Notes under the pieces: generated by a model
The model's input: only the letters and a program-made list of their open reading frames with translations
Database searches by the model: none
Told to the model about the DNA's origin: nothing
In this document: piece after piece, positions 18,615-28,857 of the stretch
How the letters are laid out: the number at the start of each line of letters is the position of its first letter
Numbering within the stretch: the stretch's first letter is position 1
Made by a program: the position numbers and the translations under genes
Assembly: GCA_963739995.1 (NCBI GenBank)
Contig: CAVUCH010000001.1
Coordinates: 153,521 to 217,520 of the forward strand
Direction of reading: 5' to 3'
DNA length: 64,000 bases
Origin: Vicinamibacteria bacterium
Lineage (GTDB): Bacteria; Acidobacteriota; Vicinamibacteria; Vicinamibacterales; JAENWD01

Positions 18615-19802
18615 CTATCCCTCCCGTTCCGGTCGATTCATCCATTCCTGCAGCTGTTGATCCGACCAGCAGTTGATCACGCGCTCCGGGGTGAGCCGCG
18701 CGAGCCGCGCGTGGGCCACGGCCATGCGCGAGAAGAGCAGCTCCTCGGTCGCGTGCGCGTCGCTGTCGAGGGCGAAGAGGCAGCCCGCCTCGAGCGCCGC
18801 GGCCGCGAGAGTCCAGTCGATGTCCTGGCGGTCCGGATAGCCATCGAGCTCGATCGCGACACGGCGCTCGGCGGCGGCAGAGAAGACCTCGTGCCAATCG
18901 GCCGACACACCTGGGCGCACGTCGTAGCGGCGGCCGCGCGGATGCCCGAGGATGTCGACCCATGGGTGCGAGACCGCGGCGACCATGCGCGCGGTCTGGT
19001 CGGCGCGGCTGCGCAGGGCGGAGTGGGGCGACGCCACCACGAACTCGAAACGGCGGAGCTCGTGCGGCTCCATATCGATTCGGCCGTCGGCGCGGATGTT
19101 GGCCTCGATCCCCTTGAAGAGCCTGAACTGGCCCCGGCGCTGCCCGTTGAGCTCGTCGATGGCCGCGTGCTGGCGGGACACCGCTTCCATGCTCATTCCG
19201 CTCGCGATGGGCAAACCGTAGCCATGATCGGTGACGCCCGCGCACGTCTGCGCGAGCGCGAGTGATGCTTCGACGATCCGCTCCAGGGTCTGCCCGCCGT
19301 CACTCCATGTCGAGTGCATCTGGAAGTCGCCGCGGTAATCCGCCAGCGCGACGAGCCCGTGAGCCGGTGCCGCCAGCACGGCCTCCGCGGTCGCCTGACT
19401 GATGAAGTCGCCCCGCAGTGACCGGCGGGTCGCGATCGCCTCCGCCCGGCCACTCTCGTGGATGGCTCTCTCCACGGTTGGCGAGCGGCCCGCCTCCAGA
19501 TACTCGAGGATGACGCGCTCGCTCGAGGGCCCCACATACGGTATCTTGGGCAGTTTCGGACCGTTCCGGAGTGCTGACAGCGGTTGTGCCAGGCCCAGCA
19601 CTGCGTGCGCCGCGCGTTTGTACGCCAGGGCGCGGGGGCCGTCCTGGAGCGCCGCAAGGTCGAGCAACAGCCCCGCTATCGAGGCATTGACGTCGTCCTC
19701 GAGCGCAGGCGCACCACCCGTCGGCGTCGATGAGTTGAGAGGGCTATCCGAGGGCGCCCGGCGGGAGCGAGGGACGGCCGCGGCACGGCGCTTGGCGGTC
19801 AT
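18615..19802 (-). CDS. PolX-like N-terminal helical/HhH domain fused to a PHP domain, without polymerase core
   Basis: NASIAGLL..AYKRAA..KIPYVGPSS; GDFQMHSTWSDG, VTDH, GIEANI, ILGHPRGR, DSDAH. Confidence 0.82.
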   Translation of the reverse strand: MTAKRRAAAVPRSRRAPSDSPLNSSTPTGGAPALEDDVNASIAGLLLDLAALQDGPRALAYKRAAHAVLGLAQPLSALRNGPKLPKIPYVGPSSERVILEYLEAGRSPTVERAIHESGRAEAIATRRSLRGDFISQATAEAVLAAPAHGLVALADYRGDFQMHSTWSDGGQTLERIVEASLALAQTCAGVTDHGYGLPIASGMSMEAVSRQHAAIDELNGQRRGQFRLFKGIEANIRADGRIDMEPHELRRFEFVVASPHSALRSRADQTARMVAAVSHPWVDILGHPRGRRYDVRPGVSADWHEVFSAAAERRVAIELDGYPDRQDIDWTLAAAALEAGCLFALDSDAHATEELLFSRMAVAHARLARLTPERVINCWSDQQLQEWMNRPEREG

Positions 19803-19868
19803 CCACGCGCCTCGTGCAAAGGGGTCGCCCGCCTCGCCGGGCCGAGTGGAACAAAGGGTGCAAAGCAG

Positions 19869-22199
19869 TTGCCGGAGGTGGCTGTCCCTTTCACTCCCGG
19901 TGCTCCTGTGTCGAAGACTGTCGGCTATACGGTGGCCGTGGCGGCGACCGTCCTGATGGCTTTCATCAGGTGGGTGCTCGACCCATGGCTCCATGAGCAG
20001 GCGATCCTGCTGCCGTTTACGCTGGCCGTGGTTGCAGCGGCGGTCGTCGGCGGACTGGGTCCAGGGCTGGCAGCCGCGGTCCTGTCTATGCTCATCGGCG
20101 CGCTGGCCTTCTTCGAGCCGCGAGGGTCGCTGTCGGTGGCAAGCGTGCCGGACGTGCTGCACCTTACCGTCTTCGCCTGCGTGTCCCTCATCGTATGCCT
20201 GCTGAGCCACCGCCGCGAGCAGGCGCTGGCGCATGCGCTCCGGTTCGAACGCCATCTCGAGCAGTCCAACCACCGGCTTGACGTCGCACAGGAATGTGTC
20301 GACGCAGGCGTATGGGAGTGGGAGATCGAGCGCGACCGGGGCTACTGGTCGCCCGGGTTTCGCTTGCTGATTGGCGCGAGCGCCGATGTCCCGGCGAGCC
20401 TGGCCGCGTTCCTCGATCGGGTCCACCCGTCCGACCGCCCGCGCGTGCATGGCGATGTGCAGCGCGCACTGGATGAGGGCGATTTCCGGTCCGAGTATCG
20501 CGTGCTCCACGCGGAGCGCGGCGAGACATGGCTGCTCAGTGCAGGCCGCACGCTCCGTGACGCATCGGGGCGCCCGGTGCGGATCACGGGCGTGGCACTG
20601 GATATCACCGAGCGGAAGCGCAACGAACAGGAGCTGCGGGACAGCCGCGAGCAGTTCCGGGCGATCGCCGACACGATGCCGCACTTCGTCTGGAGCGGGC
20701 GGCCCGACGGTTACATCGACTACTACAACGAGCGGTGGTACCAGTACACCGGGATGCCGCGCACGCCGGACCAGGGGTGGCACTGGAAGCTCTATATCCA
20801 TTCAGACGACCTCGATCGCGTGGCAGCCGCCTGGGGACACTCGCTGGCCACTGGCGAGCCCTACGACGTGGAGTACCGCGTCCGGCGCGGGAGCGACGGC
20901 ACGTATCGCTGGTTCATGGCGCGGGCAATGCCGATCCGGGGCGATCGCGGGGAGATCACGCGCTGGTTCGGCACCTGCACCGATGTCGACGAACAGCGCC
21001 GGCTTGCCGAAGCGCGCGACGCGCTCCTCGCAGCGGAGCGGGCGGCTCGCGCCCAGATCGAGCGGGCCATGCGCCACCGCGACGAATTCGTCGCAACGCT
21101 CGCCCACGAGCTGCGCACCCCGCTCAACGCCATCCTCGGGTGGACACAGATGCTGCGGCGCCCGACGAGCGCCGAGGTGCTGGCCCGTGGCCTCGAGGTG
21201 ATTGAGAGGAACACACGGGCACAGGCGCAGGTGATCTCCGACCTGCTGGATATCGGCCACATCACGTCCGGGAAGATCCGCCTGGCGCGGAAGACGGTGA
21301 ACATGCTCGGCATCGTGAGGGCCGCCGTCTCCATCGTGCGTCCAGCGGCGGAGGCAAAAAGCGTGTCGATCGACGCCGCGTCCGAGCCCGGCGCGCTCGT
21401 CATTGGCGATGAGGCGCGGCTGCAGCAGGTGACCTGGAACCTCCTCAGCAACGCCGTCAAGTTCACACCTCCTGGCGGCACCATCACCGTGGTCGCACAG
21501 CGTGTGGACGACCGCGTGGAACTGCGGGTCGTCGATTCGGGCGAGGGCATCGCGCCAGAATTCCTGCCCTTCCTCTTCGATCGCTACCGGCAGGGTGACG
21601 CCAGCGCCACCCGCTCGTATGGCGGCCTCGGCCTCGGCCTGTCGATTGCGAAGCACATCGTGGAACTGCATGGCGGGACGATTGACGCGTTCAGCGCCGG
21701 GATCGGACGTGGCGCGACCTTCCTCGTGCGGCTGTCGCACGCGGAGCTCGATGATCGCACCGACGCCGGGCGGCACGCCGATGTGTCGCTTGCCGGCGCG
21801 CATGTGCTCGTGGTCGAAGACCAGCCCGACGGACGGGAACTGGTGTCGCGGATCATCACCGAGCGGGGCGGCCGGGTGTCCACCGCGGTCAGCGCGGCGG
21901 AGGCGATCGCCCAGTTCACGGAGGAGCCGCCCGATCTGGTCATCAGCGACATCGCCATGCCGAACATGAACGGCTACGAGTTGTTGACGCGTCTGCGTGC
22001 GCTCGAGGAGGGCCGCCGGGTGCCGGCCATCGCCCTTACGCCGTACGCGCGCGCGGAAGATCGGACGCGGTCGCTGCGTGCCGGCTACCAGGGGCACGTC
22101 CCGAAGCCGGTCGATCCTGCCGAGTTGCTGGCCACCGTCGCGAGCCTGCTGCAATTGGCGGAGCGGCCCGACGACACACCGAAAGGAGTAACGCAATGA
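19869..22199 (+). CDS. Hybrid sensor histidine kinase (DUF4118-like membrane domain, 2 PAS, HisKA, HATPase, REC)
   Basis: LAHELRTPLNAI, NLLSNAVKFT, DSGEGI, GGLGLGL, LVISDIAMP; start uncertain. Confidence 0.93.
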   Translation: MPEVAVPFTPGAPVSKTVGYTVAVAATVLMAFIRWVLDPWLHEQAILLPFTLAVVAAAVVGGLGPGLAAAVLSMLIGALAFFEPRGSLSVASVPDVLHLTVFACVSLIVCLLSHRREQALAHALRFERHLEQSNHRLDVAQECVDAGVWEWEIERDRGYWSPGFRLLIGASADVPASLAAFLDRVHPSDRPRVHGDVQRALDEGDFRSEYRVLHAERGETWLLSAGRTLRDASGRPVRITGVALDITERKRNEQELRDSREQFRAIADTMPHFVWSGRPDGYIDYYNERWYQYTGMPRTPDQGWHWKLYIHSDDLDRVAAAWGHSLATGEPYDVEYRVRRGSDGTYRWFMARAMPIRGDRGEITRWFGTCTDVDEQRRLAEARDALLAAERAARAQIERAMRHRDEFVATLAHELRTPLNAILGWTQMLRRPTSAEVLARGLEVIERNTRAQAQVISDLLDIGHITSGKIRLARKTVNMLGIVRAAVSIVRPAAEAKSVSIDAASEPGALVIGDEARLQQVTWNLLSNAVKFTPPGGTITVVAQRVDDRVELRVVDSGEGIAPEFLPFLFDRYRQGDASATRSYGGLGLGLSIAKHIVELHGGTIDAFSAGIGRGATFLVRLSHAELDDRTDAGRHADVSLAGAHVLVVEDQPDGRELVSRIITERGGRVSTAVSAAEAIAQFTEEPPDLVISDIAMPNMNGYELLTRLRALEEGRRVPAIALTPYARAEDRTRSLRAGYQGHVPKPVDPAELLATVASLLQLAERPDDTPKGVTQ

Positions 22200-22493
22200 G
22201 TAAGGGCCCGCCCGTTGTCGCCGTCTTCAACTCGAACGACGATACCGTCGAGTTGATCCGAACCTGAGTCGAGCGGGTCGGGATCGTCGTTGTCAGCGCC
22301 CCCCTCGATAACATCAAGCGGGACGGCTTCGGGTGCCGGCCGTCTTCACCACCACCAACGAACAGCACGTGCGGGAAAGCGTGCCGGCCCGGTGGACGTG
22401 CTCGAGATCGTGGGCAAGCCATACGACTTGGATCTCCTCCTCGATAAAGTCCAGGCCGTAACCGGCGTCGTGGGGGACACAATCGAGGGGTAG
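22196..22493 (+). pseudogene. Degraded receiver-like protein
   Basis: ATG overlaps the kinase stop; MSKGPPVVAVFNSNDDTVELIRT* then EIVGKPYDLDLLL in another frame; internal stop and apparent deletion. Confidence 0.55.
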
Positions 22494-22724
22494 CGCCGCC
22501 CGATCTGTATTGCTGCTGTGCTAGCGCAGGGCCCAGCCTGAGGATGCGGAATATTCGCGCCCGCGCGGGAAAGTTCGCGGCGCCGAGTTGGAAGTCCCTG
22601 CGAGCGGGTACGATACACCCGGAAAATCGACCGGAGGTCGCAGGCTCGACCGGAACATATCTTGCTGAAAAAGGCACAGGGCGTTTCGCTATCCGCTTGC
22701 AGCGGTTCATGTTCCCGCGTAACC

Positions 22725-22740
22725 TTGACATCAGTGTCAC
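22725..22740 (+). promoter_or_regulatory. TGACA-N4-TGTCA palindrome overlapping a TTGACA -35 box
   Basis: TTGACATCAGTGTCAC about 40 bp upstream of the heme-operon leader ORF. Confidence 0.5.
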
Positions 22741-22775
22741 CCGGCCCATCTGGCACACCACGCTTCGTCGCCCGC

Positions 22776-23318
22776 GTGACTGAGGTGTTCCGCTCCCGGA
22801 ATCGCCTTGCGCGCGGCGCACGTCTCGCCCTCTCGGCCTCAGTCGCCGTGTCGGCGCTGGCGCTGGTGATCTTTCATCTCGTCCTGTTCTGGGACCAGAT
22901 CATCAGCGGGCGTCTGCTCGACCCCGCAGTGGCGGTGCGATGGGGTATGAGCGCCCTGCTGCTGGTGGTCTTCACCGCGTTCCGCCGCGCGGGCGTGCCC
23001 CTGTTATGGGGCCGACGCGCGCTGGTGGTGTGGGTGCTCGTTGCGCTGCTGCACTGCGCCGCCGTGCCTGCCGGCGATGTCGAGGGGATCACCCGGGGTG
23101 GCGCGCAGGCGGCGGAAGTGGTCGTCGACCTGCGCATCGGTGGGGCCGCGGCGCTCCTGCTCGCCGCTTCCCTGATGTTGCTGTTTCTCCTGGGCGCGCG
23201 CGCCATGCCCGGTGCCGCCCGCGCGATGCGCGTGCGGTGGTCCGCGGTCTCCGGCGCCCACGCGCCAATCCTCAGCCTCCATCTCGCCTCGCGCGCGCCT
23301 CCTCCCGTGGCCGCCTGA
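22776..23318 (+). CDS. Membrane protein ending in RAPP (candidate arrest-peptide leader of the heme operon)
   Basis: About four hydrophobic segments with His in two (VIFHLVLFW, VALLHC); C-terminus HLASRAPPPVAA*; start uncertain. Confidence 0.7.
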   Translation: MTEVFRSRNRLARGARLALSASVAVSALALVIFHLVLFWDQIISGRLLDPAVAVRWGMSALLLVVFTAFRRAGVPLLWGRRALVVWVLVALLHCAAVPAGDVEGITRGGAQAAEVVVDLRIGGAAALLLAASLMLLFLLGARAMPGAARAMRVRWSAVSGAHAPILSLHLASRAPPPVAA

Positions 23319-23496
23319 TCGCGCGCGGCCGGCGGTATGCCCGGCCGCTCCTGCACCTCTGCCTGCAGCCGCAGGACGCGCACGTGCGATGCGCGAGGTG
23401 CCGTGCGGGACCTGGACGCCCGGCCGGCATGCCGGCACGCGCCCAGCTCGCACGAGGTGAGAAACCCGCGTCATGGGACGCTCGGCGAGGCTCGCA

Positions 23497-24784
23497 ATGA
23501 CCCTCTTCCTGCTCGGTGTCAACCATCGGACGGCGGCGCTCGAAGACCGCGAAGCGCTCGCGCTCTCGTCCGTCGAAGTGCTCGACATCCTCGAACGGCT
23601 CGCGCGCCGGGGCGTGCTGCGCGAGTCGCTGGTGCTCTCGACGTGCAATCGCACGGAAGTCTATGCGGTGGCTGCCGAGATCACCGCCGCGGAGCACGAG
23701 GTGCGGCACGCCGTCCAGCAGCTGCGCGGACGCGACCTGCTCGAGCCGGGGCCCCACCGGTACCTGCGGAGCGGGCCGGCGGTGGCCGCGCACCTGGTCC
23801 GCGTTGCGTGCGGGCTCGACTCGATGGTGCTCGGCGACGTGCAGATTCTCGGGCAGGTGAAGGACGCCTATGCACTGGCCCGTCAGGCGGGCACAGCGGG
23901 TGTGCTGCTCGACCGCCTGCTCGAAACGGCGCTGCACGCCGGGAAGCGCGCCCGCGCCGAAACGGCCATCGGGGCGGGGCACGTGTCGATGTCGTCATCG
24001 GCGGTCGCGGCGGCCGTCAACACCGTGGGCCTGCGGGGCCGCCGTGTGCTCGTCGTCGGGTGCGGGCGAGACCGCGCGGCTGGCCGCCCGACATGCGGCC
24101 GATCATGATCCTGCCGTCATCGTCGTGGCCAACCGCACCGTCGAACACGCACGGACCGTTGCTCGGGACGTGCGTGGCGAGGCCCTGCCGCTCAACTGCC
24201 TGACCGAGGCGCTCACCGCGGCCGACGTCGTGTTCTCGGCCACGAGCGCGCCAGGCACGGTGATCGCGGCCGACGTGGTGCGCGCGGCGATGGCGGTGCG
24301 TCCGGACCGTCCCCTGATGGTCCTCGACCTCGCGGTGCCCCGCGACGTCGACGCGGCCGCGGCCGACGTGGCCGGCGTGACGCTGCGCACGCTCGACACC
24401 ATTCGCGCGGCGGTCGATCACACGCTGTCGACCCGATCGGCCGAAGTGCCGCAGGTGGAAGCCATCGTTGCCGAGGAAAGCGAGCGCTTCAGCGGATGGA
24501 CGCGCAGCCTCGCGGCGACGCCCACGCTCGTGGCGCTGCGCGAGCATTTCGAGCGCATTCGCAACGAGGAGCTCGACCGCGTGCTGGGCCACGCCAGCGA
24601 CGAGGAACGGCAGCGCGCCGAACGGCTCACGCGCGTCCTCGTCAACCGTCTGCTGCACGTGCCGATGCTGCGGCTGAAGGAGACGGACGCGGCGTCGACC
24701 GACGGCCAGCTGCGGCTGCAGGCTGCGCGCGACCTGTTCGCGCTCGGCGTGTCGTTCGACGCCGGCCGGGGACACGATGCGTGA
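23497..24784 (+). CDS. hemA: Glutamyl-tRNA reductase (extra G near 24058-24060, probably a sequencing indel)
   Basis: GVNHRTA, LSTCNRTE, GLDSMVLG..QILGQVK; second frame GAGETARL, VANRT, SATSAP, DLAVPRDVD. Confidence 0.92.
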
Positions 24785-25742
24785 AGCGGCCAGCATCCGC
24801 GCCGGCACCCGCGCGAGCCGGCTCGCCTTGTGGCAGACGGAGCATGTGATCGCGCGGCTTGCGCAGGCCTGGCCGCAGCTGTCGTTCGAGCGCGTCCGCA
24901 TCCGGACGCTCGGAGATCGGATCACGGACGTGCCGCTGCCGCGAATCGGCGATCGCGGCCTCTTCACCCGCGAGCTCGAAGACGCCCTGCGCAGCCGGGT
25001 GATCGACTTCGCGGTGCACAGCCTGAAGGACCTGCCAACCGAACAGCCTGCCGGCCTCGCGCTCGGCGCAGTGCTCTCCCGCGAAGATCCCAGCGAGGTG
25101 CTCATTTCCCGGAGTCGCCGGCGGCTCGCCGATCTGCCTCCGGGCGCTCGCCTCGGCACGTCGTCATTGCGACGCCGCGCACAGGTGATGGCGCTCCGCC
25201 GGGATCTCGACATTGTCGACATCCGGGGCAACGTGCCCACACGCATCGAGAAGGTGCAGCGGGGTGAGTACGATGCCACGCTCCTCGCGCTCGCAGGCTT
25301 GCGGCGGCTGAAGCTGACGGATGCCGCGACCGAGGTGTTCGCGAGCGACGTGATGGTGCCGGCGCCGGGCCAGGGTGCGCTGGCGGTGCAGGTGCGGACG
25401 GACGACGAGCGCATCCTGCGGATCGTGACGGCTGTCGAGGACCTCGAGACCCGGCTCGCCACCGCGGCGGAGCGGCGCGTCCTGACCGCGCTCGAGGGTG
25501 GATGTCAGGCGCCAATCGGCGCGCTCGCGACGTGGACTGCACCAGGGCGCCTGCATCTCGTCGGAATCGTGGCGGGACTGGACGGCGTGCGTCTTCTGCG
25601 GGCCACGGGGGAGCGGCCGGTCGACAGCGAGCAGACGGCCTGCGCTCTGGGTATATCGGTGGCCGGTGCGCTCGCGGCCCAGGGCGCACGAGGCCTCATC
25701 CAGGACGCGCGGGCGCTGGCCGGCACGGGAGACCCGACGTGA
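24777..25742 (+). CDS. hemC: Hydroxymethylbilane synthase (porphobilinogen deaminase)
   Basis: GTRASRLALWQ, AVHSLKDLPT, GTSSLRR, RGNVPTR, LEGGCQAP. Confidence 0.96.
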   Translation: MREAASIRAGTRASRLALWQTEHVIARLAQAWPQLSFERVRIRTLGDRITDVPLPRIGDRGLFTRELEDALRSRVIDFAVHSLKDLPTEQPAGLALGAVLSREDPSEVLISRSRRRLADLPPGARLGTSSLRRRAQVMALRRDLDIVDIRGNVPTRIEKVQRGEYDATLLALAGLRRLKLTDAATEVFASDVMVPAPGQGALAVQVRTDDERILRIVTAVEDLETRLATAAERRVLTALEGGCQAPIGALATWTAPGRLHLVGIVAGLDGVRLLRATGERPVDSEQTACALGISVAGALAAQGARGLIQDARALAGTGDPT

Positions 25743-26548
25743 CCGCCTGGGAACGCCCGCTGGTCGTCGCCACGCGGGCAGAGAAGGCCGGCGACGGTTT
25801 TGCGCGGGTGCTGCGCGCAGCGGGTGTCCACGCCATCGCGATGCCGACCATCAGCATTGGTCCGCCGCAGGATCCTGGCGCGCTCACCGACGCGCTCGAA
25901 CGCCTGGCCTCCAGCCGGTGGATCGTGTTCACGAGCGCAGAGGCCGTCGCCGCCACGTGTACGCATCCAGGATGGGCGGAGGCGTGGCGCCGCCTCTTCG
26001 AACGGCCGCGGATCGCCGCCGTCGGTCCGGCGACCGCCGCGCGCGTGCGATCGTTCGGCCTGCCGTGCGATCTGGTGCCGGAGCGCTCGAGCGGGCGGGA
26101 CCTGGCAGCGGCCCTGGCGACATGTGACGGAAGCCTGGCGGGCGCACACGTGCTGTGGCCACGCTCGGATATCGCCGGCCGCGAGCTGCCGGATGCGCTG
26201 ACCGCCGCTGGCGCGGTGGTGATCGAGCCCGAGGCGTACTGCACTCGCACCGTGAAGCCGGACGCACTCGGCATCTTCACCGACATGCTCGAGGGGTGCG
26301 GCGTGGAGGCGGTGGCGTTTTTCTCGCCGTCGGCCGCCGATGGCCTCGCACGCGCGTTCGACGGAGGCAGCCGGATGGGGCTGGCACGGCTCGCCGGACG
26401 CACCGAGGTGGCGAGCATCGGACCGTCCACGTCGGCGGCGCTCGAGGCACTGGGGGCCCCGGTGACAATCGAGGCGAAAACGCGTTCAGGCTCGGAGCTC
26501 GCGAGCGCCATCCTGCGGCAGCTGGCGCGGCGGAAGGGCGCGGCATGA
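25739..26548 (+). CDS. hemD: Uroporphyrinogen-III synthase
   Basis: [37 protein letters not shown]; coupled between hemC and hemB. Confidence 0.88.
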   Translation: MTAWERPLVVATRAEKAGDGFARVLRAAGVHAIAMPTISIGPPQDPGALTDALERLASSRWIVFTSAEAVAATCTHPGWAEAWRRLFERPRIAAVGPATAARVRSFGLPCDLVPERSSGRDLAAALATCDGSLAGAHVLWPRSDIAGRELPDALTAAGAVVIEPEAYCTRTVKPDALGIFTDMLEGCGVEAVAFFSPSAADGLARAFDGGSRMGLARLAGRTEVASIGPSTSAALEALGAPVTIEAKTRSGSELASAILRQLARRKGAA

Positions 26549-27531
26549 GCTTTCCCGTCCACCGGCCACGCCGCCTCCGGCGCAGCGACGCACTGCGCGG
26601 CCTCGTTCGCGAGACGCGGCTCTCGCCCCAGCAGCTGATCGCGCCGCTGTTCGTGTGCGAGGGCGAGGGTGTGCGACGCGAGATCGTCTCGATGCCGGAC
26701 TGCTTTCACCTCAGCGTGGACACATTGGTCGAGGAATGCCGCGCGCTGGCCAGTCTTGGCGTAGCCGGGGTGATTCTCTTCGGCATCCCTGACGCGAAGC
26801 ATCCGGACGGCCGCGCCGCCCGCGATCCGGCAGGTCCCGTGGCCCGCGGTCTCGCAGCCGTTCGCGCCGCGGTGCCCGGGCTGTCTCTGTGGGCCGACGT
26901 CTGCCTGTGCGAGTACACCGATCATGGGCACTGCGGCCCCATTGCGACCGCCGCCGACGGGCTCGTGGAGGTGGACAACGACGCGACGCTGCCGCTGCTT
27001 GCCGCGGCGGCTGTCACCTACGCGGCCGCCGGCGCCGACGTGGTCGCGCCCTCCGACATGATGGACGGCCGGGTTGGTGCGATCCGGACCGCGCTCGATC
27101 GGGCCAGCCGCACCGACGTGGTCATCGTCTCGTATGCCGCCAAGTATGCGTCCGGCTTCTACGGCCCGTTCCGAGAGGCCGCTGGGTCGGCCCCGAGCTT
27201 CGGAGATCGCCGCGGCTACCAGATGGACCCGGCCAACGCGCTCGAAGCGCTGCGCGAGGTCGCGGCCGATCTGGGGGAGGGCGCCGACATCGTGATGGTG
27301 AAGCCGGCGCTCGCCTATCTGGACATTGTCTGGCGCGTGAAAGAGCGTTTCGGCGTGGCGGTCGCCGCGTACAACGTATCGGGCGAGTACGCGATGGTGA
27401 AGGCCGCCGGCGCCCGGGGCTGGCTCGACGAGCCGCGCGTGATAATGGAGTCGCTGCTCTCCATCCGGCGGGCGGGCGCCGACATCATCCTGACCTATTT
27501 CGCGAAAGAGGCTGCGCGGCTGCTCGCGTAG
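26545..27531 (+). CDS. hemB: Porphobilinogen synthase (Zn-dependent)
   Basis: [55 protein letters not shown]. Confidence 0.97.
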   Translation: MSFPVHRPRRLRRSDALRGLVRETRLSPQQLIAPLFVCEGEGVRREIVSMPDCFHLSVDTLVEECRALASLGVAGVILFGIPDAKHPDGRAARDPAGPVARGLAAVRAAVPGLSLWADVCLCEYTDHGHCGPIATAADGLVEVDNDATLPLLAAAAVTYAAAGADVVAPSDMMDGRVGAIRTALDRASRTDVVIVSYAAKYASGFYGPFREAAGSAPSFGDRRGYQMDPANALEALREVAADLGEGADIVMVKPALAYLDIVWRVKERFGVAVAAYNVSGEYAMVKAAGARGWLDEPRVIMESLLSIRRAGADIILTYFAKEAARLLA

Positions 27532-27543
27532 ACACGTCTCTCG

Positions 27544-28857
27544 ATGGCTTCAGAACTCCAGGCTGACACGACCGCCACGAGCGCCGCGCTGTTCGACCGC
27601 GCCCGCGAGCTGATGCCCGGCGGTGTCAACTCGCCCGTGCGCGCGTTCCGTGCGGTGGGCGGGGCGCCGCGCTTCATCGCGCGCGGAGCCGGCGCGCGCG
27701 TCTGGGACGTGGACGGGCACGAGCTCATCGACTTCATCGGGTCGTGGGGACCGATGATCCTCGGGCATGCGCATCCTGACGTCGTGGCCGCCGTCACGCG
27801 GCAGGCGCACGAGGGCACCGCCTTCGGCGCACCCACCGCGCTCGAAGTGCGCATGGCGGAGCGGCTGACGGCACTCGTGCCGTCGATCGAGATGGTCCGG
27901 ATGGTGAACTCCGGCACCGAGGCGACGATGGCCGCGCTGCGGGTGGCGCGGGGCGTCACCGGTCGTCCGGGGGTGATCAAGTTCGAGGGCTGCTATCACG
28001 GGCACGGCGACAGTTTCCTCGTCAAGGCCGGCTCCGGTGCCGCCACGTTCGGCACACCCGACAGCCCGGGCGTGACGGACGCGACGGCGCGCGATACTGT
28101 GACCGCGCGTTTCAACGATCTCGCGAGCGTGCGCGCCGCCTTCACCTCGCACCCGGGCGCGATCGCCGCCCTCATCGTCGAGCCGGTCGTCGGCAACATG
28201 GGCGTGGTCGCCCCCAGGCCGGGGTTCCTGGAGGGGCTCCGCGAGGTGTGCTCGGCGGAGGGCGCCCTGCTCATCTTCGACGAGGTCATGACGGGTTTTC
28301 GCGTGGCGCGCGGCGGCGCCCAGGAGCGTTATGGGATCCGGCCGGACCTGACCACCCTCGGCAAGATCGTGGGCGGGGGACTGCCGGTCGGCGCCTACGG
28401 CGGACGGCGCGACCTCATGCAGCAGGTGTCACCGGCGGGGCCGATCTACCAGGCAGGCACGATGTCCGGCAATCCGCTGTCGATGGCGGCGGGTCTCGCG
28501 ACGCTCGATGTCATTGCGGCCGATCCGCAGTTCTACGGACGCCTCGAGGGGATGGGGGCAGCGCTCGAGGATGGTTTGTCGGCGGCGGTGGACCGGATCG
28601 GCGCGCCGTGCACCATCGCGCGCGTCGGGTCGATGTGGACCCTGTTCTTCACGCGCGATCGTGTGGACGATTGGACCGGCGCCGCGCGCGCGGACGTCGC
28701 CCGGTACGCGGGGTTCTTCCAGGCGATGCTCGGGCGCGGGATCGTCCTGGCGCCTTCACAGTTCGAAGCGAATTTCATCTCCGCGGCGCACACGCAGGGC
28801 GACATCGAGACCACGATTGCCGCCGCCACCGCGGCTCTGGAGACCGCCGGTGTCTGA
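27544..28857 (+). CDS. hemL: Glutamate-1-semialdehyde 2,1-aminomutase
   Basis: MPGGVNSPVRAF, NSGTEATM, GCYHGHGD, FDEVMTGFR, LGKIVGGGLP. Confidence 0.97.
   Translation: MASELQADTTATSAALFDRARELMPGGVNSPVRAFRAVGGAPRFIARGAGARVWDVDGHELIDFIGSWGPMILGHAHPDVVAAVTRQAHEGTAFGAPTALEVRMAERLTALVPSIEMVRMVNSGTEATMAALRVARGVTGRPGVIKFEGCYHGHGDSFLVKAGSGAATFGTPDSPGVTDATARDTVTARFNDLASVRAAFTSHPGAIAALIVEPVVGNMGVVAPRPGFLEGLREVCSAEGALLIFDEVMTGFRVARGGAQERYGIRPDLTTLGKIVGGGLPVGAYGGRRDLMQQVSPAGPIYQAGTMSGNPLSMAAGLATLDVIAADPQFYGRLEGMGAALEDGLSAAVDRIGAPCTIARVGSMWTLFFTRDRVDDWTGAARADVARYAGFFQAMLGRGIVLAPSQFEANFISAAHTQGDIETTIAAATAALETAGV

Noticed and set aside
17281-19265. 654-aa minus ORF and 549-aa plus ORF
   Set aside because: Overlap the Gfo/Idh/MocA and PHP genes antisense or out of frame; Arg/Ala-rich with no recognisable domain.
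19803-20801. N-terminal 333-aa extension of the PHP ORF, suggesting a large fusion
   Set aside because: It is the antisense of the histidine kinase; the plausible start is ATG 19802.
24050-24075. Programmed frameshift in hemA
   Set aside because: No slippery heptamer seen; one extra G in a short G run fits the indel errors found elsewhere.
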